This document shows, piece after piece, positions 20,081 to 30,195 of a DNA stretch of 41,891 nucleotides (within the stretch, counting starts at the first letter, position 1; each line of letters opens with the position of its first letter). The notes beneath the pieces are model-generated. The model had not been told where the DNA came from. It did no database searches and was given only the letters and a program-made list of their open reading frames with translations. A program made the translations under genes and the position numbers. The stretch covers positions 1 through 41,891 of the forward strand of contig JAITVV010000085.1 of assembly GCA_031285625.1 (NCBI GenBank). The letters are read 5' to 3'. This DNA is from Prevotella sp. Lineage in GTDB: Bacteria > Bacteroidota > Bacteroidia > Bacteroidales > Dysgonomonadaceae.

Positions 20081-21499
20081 TTAAGGCTGTTTCAGTACTC
20101 CGGTGTCACCTCCACCTCTCAGTGTAAGGTCGACGGGTAAGTTGTTTTTCCAGGAACCTCCGGTAAAATCAGGAACGTCAATAGAATTTGAACGATTTGC
20201 CACCGACCATATACTCAATGGAGTAATGCAAGACCATGTTGCAGCATCATATACATCCATATCGAGAGGCAAACCGTTTCGCAGACAATCTATCATTCTC
20301 CAGTCCATAATGAAATCCATACCTCCGTGTCCACCAACGGCTTTAGCTACGTCTGATATATGTTTTACCATTTCGGGTGTATATTCGGTTTCAAGTTCTC
20401 TCATTTTATCATCGCTGATAAATTCATGTCCGAAAGCAATTTTTCCCGGTTCAGGAAATTTTTGGGCAAAAGCTTTTGTTCCGCTCAGTTTATGTAGGCG
20501 ATCGTAGGGGCGGGGGCTGGTAACATCATGTTGTAGCATAATCGTTTTTCCCTTATTGGTGCGGATAATAGATGTATTCATATTTCCTCTGTATTTCATT
20601 TTGGCCATAGGCTTGTAATAGTCGTTTTTTGAAGCCAGTTCTTCGGCTTTAGCTTTCATCATGAAATCATCGCAGGACATAGATGTCAGATATTCCATTT
20701 TATCTCCACGATTTACGTTCATGGCCCAGCACACAGGCCCTAAGCCATGGGTAGGGTAGGGATTACCGCTTTTGTGGTTATCGTCCCATCTCCATCCGGG
20801 ATAGTCCGGCTCTCCGAATATACCACTTAGTAAGTCGTGTATATATGCGCCTTCACCATGCATGATTTCTCCAAAAAGTCCTTTTTGAACCATGTTTACA
20901 GTAAGTATTTCAAAGAAATCGTAACAACAATTTTCCAACTGCATACAGTGCTTACGTGTACGCTCGGATGTTTCCACCAGTTTCCAGCAATCCTCCATTG
21001 TTATTGCTGCGGGTACTTCAATAGCAACATGTTTGCCACATTCCATTGCGTATAATGCTATCGGAACATGCCATCTCCATGAGGTAGCAATATATACAAG
21101 GTCGATATCATCCTGTTCACATAATTTCTTCCATGAGGTTTCGTTTCCATAATATTCCTTAGCTGGTTGCTTGCCAAATGTTTTGAGTGTATTCTGACTG
21201 TTTTTTACAGCACCTTCTTTTATATCACAAAGGGCTGTAACTTCTATATCTTTGATATTCTGCATGCGATTGACGGCCCAGCCACCTCTTGCGCCAAGTC
21301 CAACATAGCCAATTCTGACAACCGGGATTTTAGGTGCAGCATATCCGCACATGTTGAATAATTGCTTCCGCTTTTTTGCATAGCTAATATTCTTTTTTAT
21401 GGATTCTTCTACTTCATTGAAAGAGGTGGCTCCCGCAAAAACGGACATCATAGCCCCAGAACTAAGTAAAGATCCCTTCAGAAAATTTCGACGATTCAT
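20081..21499 (-). CDS. GH109 NAD+-dependent alpha-N-acetylgalactosaminidase
   Basis: Tat signal RRNFLK; ENCCY, YPTHGLGP, GGHGGMD. Confidence 0.92.
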   Translation of the reverse strand: MNRRNFLKGSLLSSGAMMSVFAGATSFNEVEESIKKNISYAKKRKQLFNMCGYAAPKIPVVRIGYVGLGARGGWAVNRMQNIKDIEVTALCDIKEGAVKNSQNTLKTFGKQPAKEYYGNETSWKKLCEQDDIDLVYIATSWRWHVPIALYAMECGKHVAIEVPAAITMEDCWKLVETSERTRKHCMQLENCCYDFFEILTVNMVQKGLFGEIMHGEGAYIHDLLSGIFGEPDYPGWRWDDNHKSGNPYPTHGLGPVCWAMNVNRGDKMEYLTSMSCDDFMMKAKAEELASKNDYYKPMAKMKYRGNMNTSIIRTNKGKTIMLQHDVTSPRPYDRLHKLSGTKAFAQKFPEPGKIAFGHEFISDDKMRELETEYTPEMVKHISDVAKAVGGHGGMDFIMDWRMIDCLRNGLPLDMDVYDAATWSCITPLSIWSVANRSNSIDVPDFTGGSWKNNLPVDLTLRGGGDTGVLKQP

Positions 21500-21535
21500 T
21501 TTATAATATTTTAGTGATTGATTTTTGACTTTAAT

Positions 21536-21571
21536 GGGTTATATCCGGATATAATTATCCGGATATAACTC
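21536..21571. terminator. Intra-operon perfect stem-loop
   Basis: GTTATATCCGGATA-TAAT-TATCCGGATATAAC. Confidence 0.6.
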
Positions 21572-21615
21572 CATCAGAGAGTGATTGACTGCTAATTTCA
21601 ACCTTTAACCAAATT

Positions 21616-23367
21616 TTACCTGCTTAACTCTTCAAGCATAATTTTAGCATTGTCAATCATTTCACGACATGGTGTCGTTGGTTCACCCTGTATTTTAAAT
21701 CGGGCAACCTCTTTGTTTAGGGCATTTAATTTATCAAGATTGTTCTCTTCTCTAAATTTATTTCTTAGAATTCTTATTTTTTCGGCATCCTGTATGCCTT
21801 CTCTTAGTCGTTCGAATCGGATAGAACTACGTCCTCCTGGATAGATAATATAAGTGTCGCCTGCCGACCAGGTCTTGTAACGAGAGTCGGTCAATGGATT
21901 TTCCGGCCAGGAATTATAGGCCCAGCGTAGAAACCCATCAAGATCATAAGCAACTGAATACCATGAAATATAAACAGCCTCAGTAGGGTCTGAGAATGTA
22001 AATACATTTGGAAACTTAGTAGCACAATATGTATAATAAGTACTAATCAGATTATTATCTTTCCGGTATTTAAGATCGGCTTCGTCAAAACTGGCTCCAT
22101 ATTCTACACATATATCTTTCAGATACGGGTATTGCTTGTAGCTTTTGTGATTATCAGCCAATGATATTCCTAGTTCCGGAGCAACGTCTTTTAGCAAATC
22201 TAAAGTTGCTTTCATAATTTCGGGAGATCTTTCGTCCATAGCTATATTGGTAATATTAAGCCATCCTTTTTCGTTCAGGTGTTTTTTGAAATCTTTAAGG
22301 AACGGAGACCATAGATATTTAAATTCCTTCGAACCCGGTTTAGCACTTATGTTTATTTGTTTACCTTGCTTTTCATCATAATAATGAAGTTCATTATTCC
22401 ATGGAGCCATCGAATAACAATTGATCATTTTATTGATTCCCAGTTTCATCATCATTTCTACCCAGCGGTCGAAGATAGCATAATCGTAAGACCATGAATT
22501 ATCTTTATTTTTTGTCCATTTTATCATATCATCATACGGATAATATGTCTGAACGTTCCAAGGATCTTTATTCAGCGTGGTAGTAATCACTTTTTGTCCT
22601 GCAGAAGCTAACATTTCCATAGGAGTTTCTAATAATTTCCAATGCTCTTTCGACCATAATTCGACTCCATGTGCATGAGCTACGGATGAAGGATGCTGCC
22701 ATAAATCAAGATGAAATACCCAATCTTTTGGTTCCGGTAATGTTTGAGGAAGTACCTCTAATGAAATATCCAGCTTGGTTGTTTTTTGTCCTTTAGCATA
22801 TACGTTCAGGGTACCAGTATATGTACCTGGCATTGCATTGGTCGGTATATCGAAGCTCAGCCATACAGGACGTGTTGTTTTTGCTTCCATATCGAAGCAC
22901 TTCAGCGTATCGAGGCCATCAGCCACAAGGGAAGGAGCTAAATTGTCGCGAGGGGCACAGCCATTGCCAAATGAGTCTGTAATGACGTAGCGCATAAAGC
23001 GTGCTTTGGCTACAGATGCGTCTAGAATAGCGCCTTCAGGGCCCTTGAATGATGAAAATTCACATTCAATTTGTTTTATATCATTAGGCGACCATAATAC
23101 AAGCATGGCTGCTATCCGTTCTCCTTTCCATCCAGCACCTTTCCATTTTTCAGAAAGTGGGAGAGTGGGTACCTGAGCTTTCGCATAATGCTCGTTAATG
23201 CTTCCAAATGATATATTCAATCCTTTTACCTGCTCCCAGTCTGCACTATAGTCGGTAGTATCAGGGTCTGCAGCTTCGGCATAAGTATCACAACTTAATG
23301 TTTTACGGGAACCTTCGCATGAGGTAAATATAAAAAGCAGGGAGAATAAATAAATTAAATTCTTCAT
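21616..23367 (-). CDS. GH123 beta-N-acetylgalactosaminidase-like lipoprotein (DUF4091)
   Basis: Lipobox TSC; LDLWQHP, AMDERS (DE pair), GFLRWAYNSW, SSIRFERLREGIQD. Confidence 0.85.
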   Translation of the reverse strand: MKNLIYLFSLLFIFTSCEGSRKTLSCDTYAEAADPDTTDYSADWEQVKGLNISFGSINEHYAKAQVPTLPLSEKWKGAGWKGERIAAMLVLWSPNDIKQIECEFSSFKGPEGAILDASVAKARFMRYVITDSFGNGCAPRDNLAPSLVADGLDTLKCFDMEAKTTRPVWLSFDIPTNAMPGTYTGTLNVYAKGQKTTKLDISLEVLPQTLPEPKDWVFHLDLWQHPSSVAHAHGVELWSKEHWKLLETPMEMLASAGQKVITTTLNKDPWNVQTYYPYDDMIKWTKNKDNSWSYDYAIFDRWVEMMMKLGINKMINCYSMAPWNNELHYYDEKQGKQINISAKPGSKEFKYLWSPFLKDFKKHLNEKGWLNITNIAMDERSPEIMKATLDLLKDVAPELGISLADNHKSYKQYPYLKDICVEYGASFDEADLKYRKDNNLISTYYTYCATKFPNVFTFSDPTEAVYISWYSVAYDLDGFLRWAYNSWPENPLTDSRYKTWSAGDTYIIYPGGRSSIRFERLREGIQDAEKIRILRNKFREENNLDKLNALNKEVARFKIQGEPTTPCREMIDNAKIMLEELSR

Positions 23368-23375
23368 TCTTTTGT

Positions 23376-25538
23376 TTATTTGTTAGATATATACTTATAG
23401 TACAGATGTTTTGCACGGTCAACCGGATCACTTTGGGCTTTATCCGGATATAAGTTCCTTTCATTAGTCCATTTCTCAGAGATAGTATAGAAATCTATTT
23501 CTGTTGGGTTTTCTCCATCCATTTTGGCTTCGAGATAGTTAAAGAAAGCATTCCAACGTGCATAATAATAATCTTTTAGTATGCCTGACCATTCTTTATA
23601 TGCATAATCATTTAATCCTGTTTCGGCACTGATACGTGATCCCCAAACAGTGATTTGCGTGCGGGCATTCCATTCATATAGTTTCTTCTCCTCTTCTGTC
23701 CTACCTATTTTCTTAGCCTGGTTGATCCATGATCCTACCATAAATTCAGGACGGGTTTCAAGCAAACTGTCTTGTACTAGGATAAGTGTCAGAAAATCGT
23801 CTTTTAGCCTTTTAAATTCAGCCTTTTTATTCTCTTTAAATGCTTTAGTTACATCTTTTTGGAGATAATAAGCCTTATTAGCTATTGTCTGACGGACTAC
23901 ATCGATGAGGTCATACTCAAAATTGTTGTTTCCTTTATATTGGTCTGCAACAGAAAGCATTTTATCAGCTGCCAGCTTCACCGAATCTGTATTGTAGAAC
24001 GGATGCGTAGCAGAGCAACAAGATACTTTTGTAATATCCAGTTGTGGACATGCTGCGAAAACACTTTCGGTAGTGCCTTCCTGTACGGATTCTTTAGGTG
24101 CAGCGTAGACCGTATTGCTCAGTATTTGCCAGGCTTCATCAATTATAGAATCGGATTTACTATAGCGTGATTTTGTATATTCTTTCAACCATGTATATTT
24201 GTCGAATCGCTGATTGCGCCATGGTAGCTCGTATAATAGTTCATACATCACAGGATTGTTTTCTATGGCTTCCATAGTTGTTCCCACACCTTGCAGGGTT
24301 TGTCCACTATGGTGCGATTGGGCATCATAATATCCGTTTATGATATGTTCCATTTTTCCATATAGTCCGGTTCTTCCTCCGAAGTTTAGAAGCATACAAT
24401 ATACCCATTCATGTTTTCCATAACCTTGTTCTCTATACCATAAAGACCACTTTGGCCCCCACATAGGGCGACAATCGCTAAATAGATCCAGTATAAGTAA
24501 ATCTCCTTTGTTCAGATTGTCGATCATTGCCGGACGAGGATTAGTCTGCCATGCCTGAGCTACCCATGTTGATTCGGGATTTGCTTTTTTCATTGCATCC
24601 ATAATGGCTTTTCCGGCCATTTCCAGATTTACACCTTCTACACTTCCTCCTTCGTGGAAAGGGTCAATAGCATAATATTTTGCCTTGCCAAAGAGTTTTT
24701 CCAGTTCAGAATAATATAATCCTGCGATTTCAGAAAAACGAGGGTCTGTCGGTTGTAAGAAAGCAGGGCGTTTAAATTCTCCCCAAAATCCGGGATCAGA
24801 TACATTCAGTCCTAGTTTTTCTTTAGCATTGCTTGGCAACATACCTGCGTATCCGGGATATACAGGTTCTATACCATATTCTTTTACCCTTTTTAATATT
24901 TTCTTTTGCAGGCCAATTTGTTGCTTATACCATTGATCAGTATTAGGACCACCCCATCCTTCAATGTTGTTCATCTGCCACCAGGCAAGAAAACCGGAAC
25001 CGGCAATAAATTTATTAATCTCTTCTTTGTTGTATCCCAGTTTGTCAAGAACATTTGCCCATACAGCCTCAGTCCCTGTGATAGACAAAGCTAAATTGAT
25101 GCCATGAAGAGCCATCCAGTCTATTTCCTTTTGCCATCGCTCCCAATCCCAAAAGGCCATGGAGTAAGAGAAAGTGCAATAGTTCAGATAATAACGTATC
25201 TGATGTTTTGTTTCATGCCTTTCCTTTTGCTTTACTTCAGGAAGCTTAGCTGGTAATTTAGCAGACATACCATTCCATGATAAATGTATGTTTGCATAAT
25301 ATTTGAAATACCAATTGATTCCCGTTGCAATACTTACATAGTTATTTCCACGTATTACAATTTTGTCTCTATCCTGATCGAGTTCAAAGAAGTCTGTTCC
25401 ATCTGAGGATGATACTATTTCGGTCTTTATTTTTTTTGAAGTACCTTTCTCTATCCGCTCAAGCAAACCATCTATCGGATTGGCTATAACAATACTACAG
25501 ATCACGAATAAGGATAATAAGAGGCAAATTCTTTTCAT
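23376..25538 (-). CDS. GH89 alpha-N-acetylglucosaminidase
   Basis: RYYLNYCTFSYS...WDWERW..EIDWMALHGIN, DPFHE, LLNFGG, EAIENNP. Confidence 0.94.
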   Translation of the reverse strand: MKRICLLLSLFVICSIVIANPIDGLLERIEKGTSKKIKTEIVSSSDGTDFFELDQDRDKIVIRGNNYVSIATGINWYFKYYANIHLSWNGMSAKLPAKLPEVKQKERHETKHQIRYYLNYCTFSYSMAFWDWERWQKEIDWMALHGINLALSITGTEAVWANVLDKLGYNKEEINKFIAGSGFLAWWQMNNIEGWGGPNTDQWYKQQIGLQKKILKRVKEYGIEPVYPGYAGMLPSNAKEKLGLNVSDPGFWGEFKRPAFLQPTDPRFSEIAGLYYSELEKLFGKAKYYAIDPFHEGGSVEGVNLEMAGKAIMDAMKKANPESTWVAQAWQTNPRPAMIDNLNKGDLLILDLFSDCRPMWGPKWSLWYREQGYGKHEWVYCMLLNFGGRTGLYGKMEHIINGYYDAQSHHSGQTLQGVGTTMEAIENNPVMYELLYELPWRNQRFDKYTWLKEYTKSRYSKSDSIIDEAWQILSNTVYAAPKESVQEGTTESVFAACPQLDITKVSCCSATHPFYNTDSVKLAADKMLSVADQYKGNNNFEYDLIDVVRQTIANKAYYLQKDVTKAFKENKKAEFKRLKDDFLTLILVQDSLLETRPEFMVGSWINQAKKIGRTEEEKKLYEWNARTQITVWGSRISAETGLNDYAYKEWSGILKDYYYARWNAFFNYLEAKMDGENPTEIDFYTISEKWTNERNLYPDKAQSDPVDRAKHLYYKYISNK

Positions 25539-25540
25539 CT

Positions 25541-26233
25541 TTATTTTAATTCTTTAATTCTTATGTTTCTGAATTTTACAACCGAACCATGTCCCAGAAA
25601 AGCAAGGTGCCCTGTTTTATTAAATATGGTCTGATCTACTTTATCTGCAGGTAAATCTTTAGTTGCTTCACGAAGATTTCCATCGAGTATAACTGTTCCG
25701 TTGATTGATATCTTGATATTATCACCATTAGCTATCACCTCCTGAGTATTCCATTCACCAACTGGCTTTTGGAATCCTCTTTTTGCTGGTATATATCCAT
25801 ATACGGAGCCGTGATATTGCCAAGGCTTCAAGTCTTTGTACACAGGAGCTTCATTATCGAGTATCTGAAGTTCCATTCCGGAATATCCCCGGTCTACAAT
25901 TGTATGTCGGATACCAAGGCCATTGTTGCCTTCAGGTGTAAGCAGAAATTCAAATCTTAGTATAAAATTATCATATTCGTTTTTTGAATATAGGTTTCCT
26001 CCCATTTCCTGAGCCGGTTTCATGACTATGCATCCATCTTCGAGGACATATTCTTCAGTATTTCCTACCCATTCAGACATGGATGTACCATCGAATAATA
26101 TTTTATATCCTTCTTTCTTTTCTTCTTTGGTTAGTTTATATGGTTTTACTTTTTCAGGTTTTCCATCTTTCGTTTGGAAAGCACATAGGCAGCTTCCTAA
26201 TATGATTATGATTAGTGTTATATATTTTTTCAT
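25541..26233 (-). CDS. DUF1080 / 3-keto-disaccharide hydrolase family protein
   Basis: LFDGTSM, NNGLGIR, ELQILD, HGSVYG, GEWN, FLGHG..VKFRNIRIKEL. Confidence 0.9.
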   Translation of the reverse strand: MKKYITLIIIILGSCLCAFQTKDGKPEKVKPYKLTKEEKKEGYKILFDGTSMSEWVGNTEEYVLEDGCIVMKPAQEMGGNLYSKNEYDNFILRFEFLLTPEGNNGLGIRHTIVDRGYSGMELQILDNEAPVYKDLKPWQYHGSVYGYIPAKRGFQKPVGEWNTQEVIANGDNIKISINGTVILDGNLREATKDLPADKVDQTIFNKTGHLAFLGHGSVVKFRNIRIKELK

Positions 26234-26260
26234 TGTTTATATATTTTACGATTTTACTTT

Positions 26261-27352
26261 TTAAAGTTTTAGCCGTTCCTTTAATGCAACTAATATTTCT
26301 ATATCTTTATCACGCATCTTTCCCTCTCTGTTAGGAGGTGCATTGAGTATCAGAATATTATCCTGTGCTGTTGCAATATTATACAGATCAATTAACTCAT
26401 CAATAGACTTATACGTCGTATCTTCTGTATGATAAAACCATTTTCCACTCATGCATACAGTAGATTCCCATGGCATGTAGTATGTTTTACCTTCATATGT
26501 GAATAACTTAGGATCAGGATTTGCCGGCAAATACGGATCTCCTAAACGAAAATCACTAGGGAAATACCTGATCGGGTCATTTTCTTTCTGCTTTTCGGGA
26601 TATATTTGTTCCTTGTTAAATGTCCAATCTTTATCGTCCGGGCTATCAGGTTTTCCAATACTCCAGTTTATGCCGATCTGACATTGTGGCTCACGGGATT
26701 TTATTGTTTTATATATCTCCTGAAATGGCCACCTATAGCCAGGCTTCGCCCAACTGCCATCAAACCAGAATTCAACTACCTTTGTATATTTACTTGTTAT
26801 ATCCATTAGTTCATTCAGATGATTGATCATGTATTGATTATAAGCCGAATCTAGGGATACATTTTTCACATCAGGATTTTGCTTTCGATCCCATAATGAA
26901 TAGTATAATCCTAAACTGATACCCTGCTTTTGACATTCTTTAGCTACAGCTTCTACGACATTGGTTTTGTTTGGAGAACTTGCTACATCATACTCTGTGT
27001 ACTTACTGTCCCATAGGCAAAAACCTTCATGGTGTTTAGAAACAAGAATTATATATTTCATCCCTGCATTCTTTGCTGTTTCCACCCATTGTTTTGCATC
27101 AATGGTAGTTGGATTGTAAGATGATACGGGCAGGGAACCATCAGTCCATTCTTCATTATGGAATGTATTGATTCCAAAATGAATAAACATTCCATATTTT
27201 CTGTCAATCTGCTCTTTTTGATACTTACTTGGAACCTTAGAGGGTGCAGGTTCACTTAAGTTCGCCATCTGTTTTGTAGCTGAGCTACATGCAAATAGGA
27301 AAAAGATGCAGACTATATTTATTAATAACAATCTAATAGATAGTATATTCAT
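26261..27352 (-). CDS. GH29 alpha-L-fucosidase lipoprotein
   Basis: Lipobox FAC; YGMFIHFG, SKHHEGFCLWD, WFDG, LILNAPP. Confidence 0.9.
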   Translation of the reverse strand: MNILSIRLLLINIVCIFFLFACSSATKQMANLSEPAPSKVPSKYQKEQIDRKYGMFIHFGINTFHNEEWTDGSLPVSSYNPTTIDAKQWVETAKNAGMKYIILVSKHHEGFCLWDSKYTEYDVASSPNKTNVVEAVAKECQKQGISLGLYYSLWDRKQNPDVKNVSLDSAYNQYMINHLNELMDITSKYTKVVEFWFDGSWAKPGYRWPFQEIYKTIKSREPQCQIGINWSIGKPDSPDDKDWTFNKEQIYPEKQKENDPIRYFPSDFRLGDPYLPANPDPKLFTYEGKTYYMPWESTVCMSGKWFYHTEDTTYKSIDELIDLYNIATAQDNILILNAPPNREGKMRDKDIEILVALKERLKL

Positions 27353-27360
27353 ACGGTTTT

Positions 27361-28680
27361 TTATTTAATCTTCATCTTTTCAGCATCCCAATATATTGGA
27401 GCATCTTTTTCGTAGCTTTCATAGCTTAACAGAGCTACGGCAGCACAACGTACACCGTAAAGGGTATCTGCAATAAGTGGATTGTTACCTCTGATCTTTT
27501 GGAAGAAATTGTAGAAATGTTCATAATGGGCACCTCTATATCCGTCTTTTACACTGAATATACATTCGCGGGAAGAGACCATCTTAGGCTCTTGCAACCG
27601 ATCTTGTATTTCTTGTAATGCATTAAATTGAGAGGTATCTATATCTCCGGTTGTTTTTAATGTTACCTTATCCCAGGTTACATTCATAACTCCTTTTTCA
27701 CCAATAATATTAAAATCTGTGCTACCCCATTTATTGGAAATCCCATCCACCATATTTGCACCTAACGACATAGTAAATGCACCTAATCCGTTTTTGTCGG
27801 GATAATCAAAATATCCGAGCATTACATCTGGCGTATTTTGATATCCGGCATTATAGTGTCGTATTCCCCCTGTTGTATAAATCTTTTCAGGACCGTTTGT
27901 ATTCATTATATAGTGAATGCTGGATATAACATGTACGAATAGATCCCCAGCCAGACCTGTTCCGTATTCTTTCCAGTTTCTCCAGTAGAAAAAGTGCTGA
28001 GGGGTAAATCCAATTTTAGGAGCCTTCCCTAGAAATTGATCCCACCAAATGGTTTTTTCATTGGCATCTGAAGGAATGGGATAATTATCTATCTGTCCCG
28101 GTGCTGCTGTAAATTGTCCGTCTATATAATTTACCTTTCCCAGTATTCCTGCCTGAATGATCAACCTGGCTATATTGTTCCCTAAGGAGGTCATTCCCTG
28201 ACTTCCTGTTTGAAATATTTTTCCTGTCTTTTTCTGTGCTTCGATGAGAGCGGCACCTTCATTTATTTTATGGATTACAGGCTTTTCACAGTAAACATGT
28301 TTACCTGCATTCATGGCTTCAATTGCAATTGGCTGATGCCAGTGGTCAGGTGTACCTATTAATACTGCATCTACATTCTTTAGCTTCAGTATTTCCTTAT
28401 AATCTTTTGTAGTGAATATATCCTGCCCCCAGTTTTGTTTTGCTTTTTCCAGACGGACATCATATAAGTCACAGGCAGCAATGAGCTTAACTCCGTCTAC
28501 CGAAACAGCAGTGTGAGCATCTGCTGTACCCATACCACCTGCTCCTATCAGGGCTATTTTAATTATATCTTTATTTTCTGTTATATTTTTATCCCGACTC
28601 AAGACCAGTTGGGGAAAAGCAGCCAATGCTGTTCCACTAACCAGAAATTTTTTAATAAAGTGTCTTCTGTTATTTTTCAT
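27361..28680 (-). CDS. Tat-exported Gfo/Idh/MocA oxidoreductase
   Basis: RRHFIK; IGAGGMG, TPDHWH, VYCEKP, DLFVH. Confidence 0.9.
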   Translation of the reverse strand: MKNNRRHFIKKFLVSGTALAAFPQLVLSRDKNITENKDIIKIALIGAGGMGTADAHTAVSVDGVKLIAACDLYDVRLEKAKQNWGQDIFTTKDYKEILKLKNVDAVLIGTPDHWHQPIAIEAMNAGKHVYCEKPVIHKINEGAALIEAQKKTGKIFQTGSQGMTSLGNNIARLIIQAGILGKVNYIDGQFTAAPGQIDNYPIPSDANEKTIWWDQFLGKAPKIGFTPQHFFYWRNWKEYGTGLAGDLFVHVISSIHYIMNTNGPEKIYTTGGIRHYNAGYQNTPDVMLGYFDYPDKNGLGAFTMSLGANMVDGISNKWGSTDFNIIGEKGVMNVTWDKVTLKTTGDIDTSQFNALQEIQDRLQEPKMVSSRECIFSVKDGYRGAHYEHFYNFFQKIRGNNPLIADTLYGVRCAAVALLSYESYEKDAPIYWDAEKMKIK

Positions 28681-28735
28681 TTATTCGGTATTGAAAGATG
28701 AATATTTATTCAATATGAGACAAGAGAGGTTAAAT

Positions 28736-28769
28736 ATCCGGCCGTTATATATAATGCTAACGACCGGAT
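28736..28769. terminator. Intra-operon stem-loop after susCD and the glycan-binding protein gene
   Basis: ATCCGGCCGTTA / TAACGACCGGAT. Confidence 0.55.
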
Positions 28770-28796
28770 TACTTAAAACTATTTATGACATGGGCA

Positions 28797-30185
28797 TTAT
28801 TCCAATTCTAATCCTTTTACATAGATTTCTGCAATAGAAATATGAGGAGGATTATTACTTTCAGTTACAATACATTTCAGATAGCGGGCTTTGGTTGTTT
28901 TAATATTACTATTCTTAGAAAGTTCAGTATTAGATATAGGGCCAAAATCGATAGTAGTAGCCGGTTGATAAGTTTGATTGTCCAGACTTAATTCCATTAC
29001 CATTTTTCGGGTCGCAGTATTGGCCGCACCGGTTTCCCAATTAGTTCTTCTAATAACTTCCAGAGCCATTACATCATATTCTTTTTTCATATCTATGATG
29101 ATATGATGAGGTAAGTCAGGAATACCGTTTCCATCGTCTCTCCATTGGCTATGCCAGTAAGTCTCTGTATCTCCATCCAATACGGCTCCCTTTCCTCCAC
29201 CATCATCAGGTTGTTCGGAAGAACATTCAATTATCTCCCAACCAGTTCTGTCTAGGTTCTCAGGTAAGAATGAAACACGTATCAAGTACAAATCGGCATC
29301 AGGATTTATCTTATTCTGAGAAACAGATGTAATCCGTAACGGTAGTAGATATTCCCCAAAGAGATTTGTATCGCCATCAACCAGACCTTGTTTCAGTATT
29401 TCATATTGGAAAGACCCTTCGTTCAGGTTTTCTTTAATGACTTTTGTTTCTGATATTAATTTATAAGCGGCTTCAGGCAATAGCTTGTAAGCTGTTCCAT
29501 TCTCATTATTATATTTCTCTACTGCTGGTGCATCAACTACTATCTCAAAATCTAAGTTCCATTTATTATTATATGTTGTTATCACTTTGGTTGCAAACTG
29601 CAATACATCCGGAGAGTCAGGGTTTAATGCATGCACATTAATTGATATGCCCGGATCTTTAAACTGGAAGTAAGGTTGATAAACAACAGGTGCTATCAGG
29701 GAGAATAACCTTTCATCTTCAGCTGCTATAGATTCGTTTGCAACTTCTGCCCTGATAGGAATTACATACTCTGCATTACCTTCCCCTTGTAATAGAGCAA
29801 TACCATCAGCATTGAACTCAATGGGGAATAAAGCCCTGTAATCTTTTGAAGACAATGTCATCTGTGTTGTCTTCATGGTATAAAGGTCTGCAGGCATGAG
29901 TTTATAAGCAGTTCCGTTTTCTAGATTATAACTTGTCAGATATGACTCATCAACAATGAGCTTTACATCAGACGATTGTTGCCCTACACCGCTTTTGATA
30001 ACTTCAAAGGAATAGGTAAATCCCTCCCAGTTGAATACTTTTACCTCGTTATAACTCGGTTTAAGTACATATATTGAGTCGTCTACCATATTGTGCATCC
30101 TATTATCTATACAGGCTGTATGAATAAAAAGTAACAACAAGGTGAAAACTACTATTTTTAAATGTGATTTCATATTATTTATCAT
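28797..30185 (-). CDS. Surface glycan-binding lipoprotein (two DUF1735-like domains plus F5/8 domain)
   Basis: Lipobox TAC; repeated YN.ENGTAYKL.P; C-terminal DGDTETYWHSQW...PHHIIIDM; lies directly after susD. Confidence 0.8.
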   Translation of the reverse strand: MINNMKSHLKIVVFTLLLLFIHTACIDNRMHNMVDDSIYVLKPSYNEVKVFNWEGFTYSFEVIKSGVGQQSSDVKLIVDESYLTSYNLENGTAYKLMPADLYTMKTTQMTLSSKDYRALFPIEFNADGIALLQGEGNAEYVIPIRAEVANESIAAEDERLFSLIAPVVYQPYFQFKDPGISINVHALNPDSPDVLQFATKVITTYNNKWNLDFEIVVDAPAVEKYNNENGTAYKLLPEAAYKLISETKVIKENLNEGSFQYEILKQGLVDGDTNLFGEYLLPLRITSVSQNKINPDADLYLIRVSFLPENLDRTGWEIIECSSEQPDDGGGKGAVLDGDTETYWHSQWRDDGNGIPDLPHHIIIDMKKEYDVMALEVIRRTNWETGAANTATRKMVMELSLDNQTYQPATTIDFGPISNTELSKNSNIKTTKARYLKCIVTESNNPPHISIAEIYVKGLELE

Positions 30186-30195
30186 GCTTTAAATG

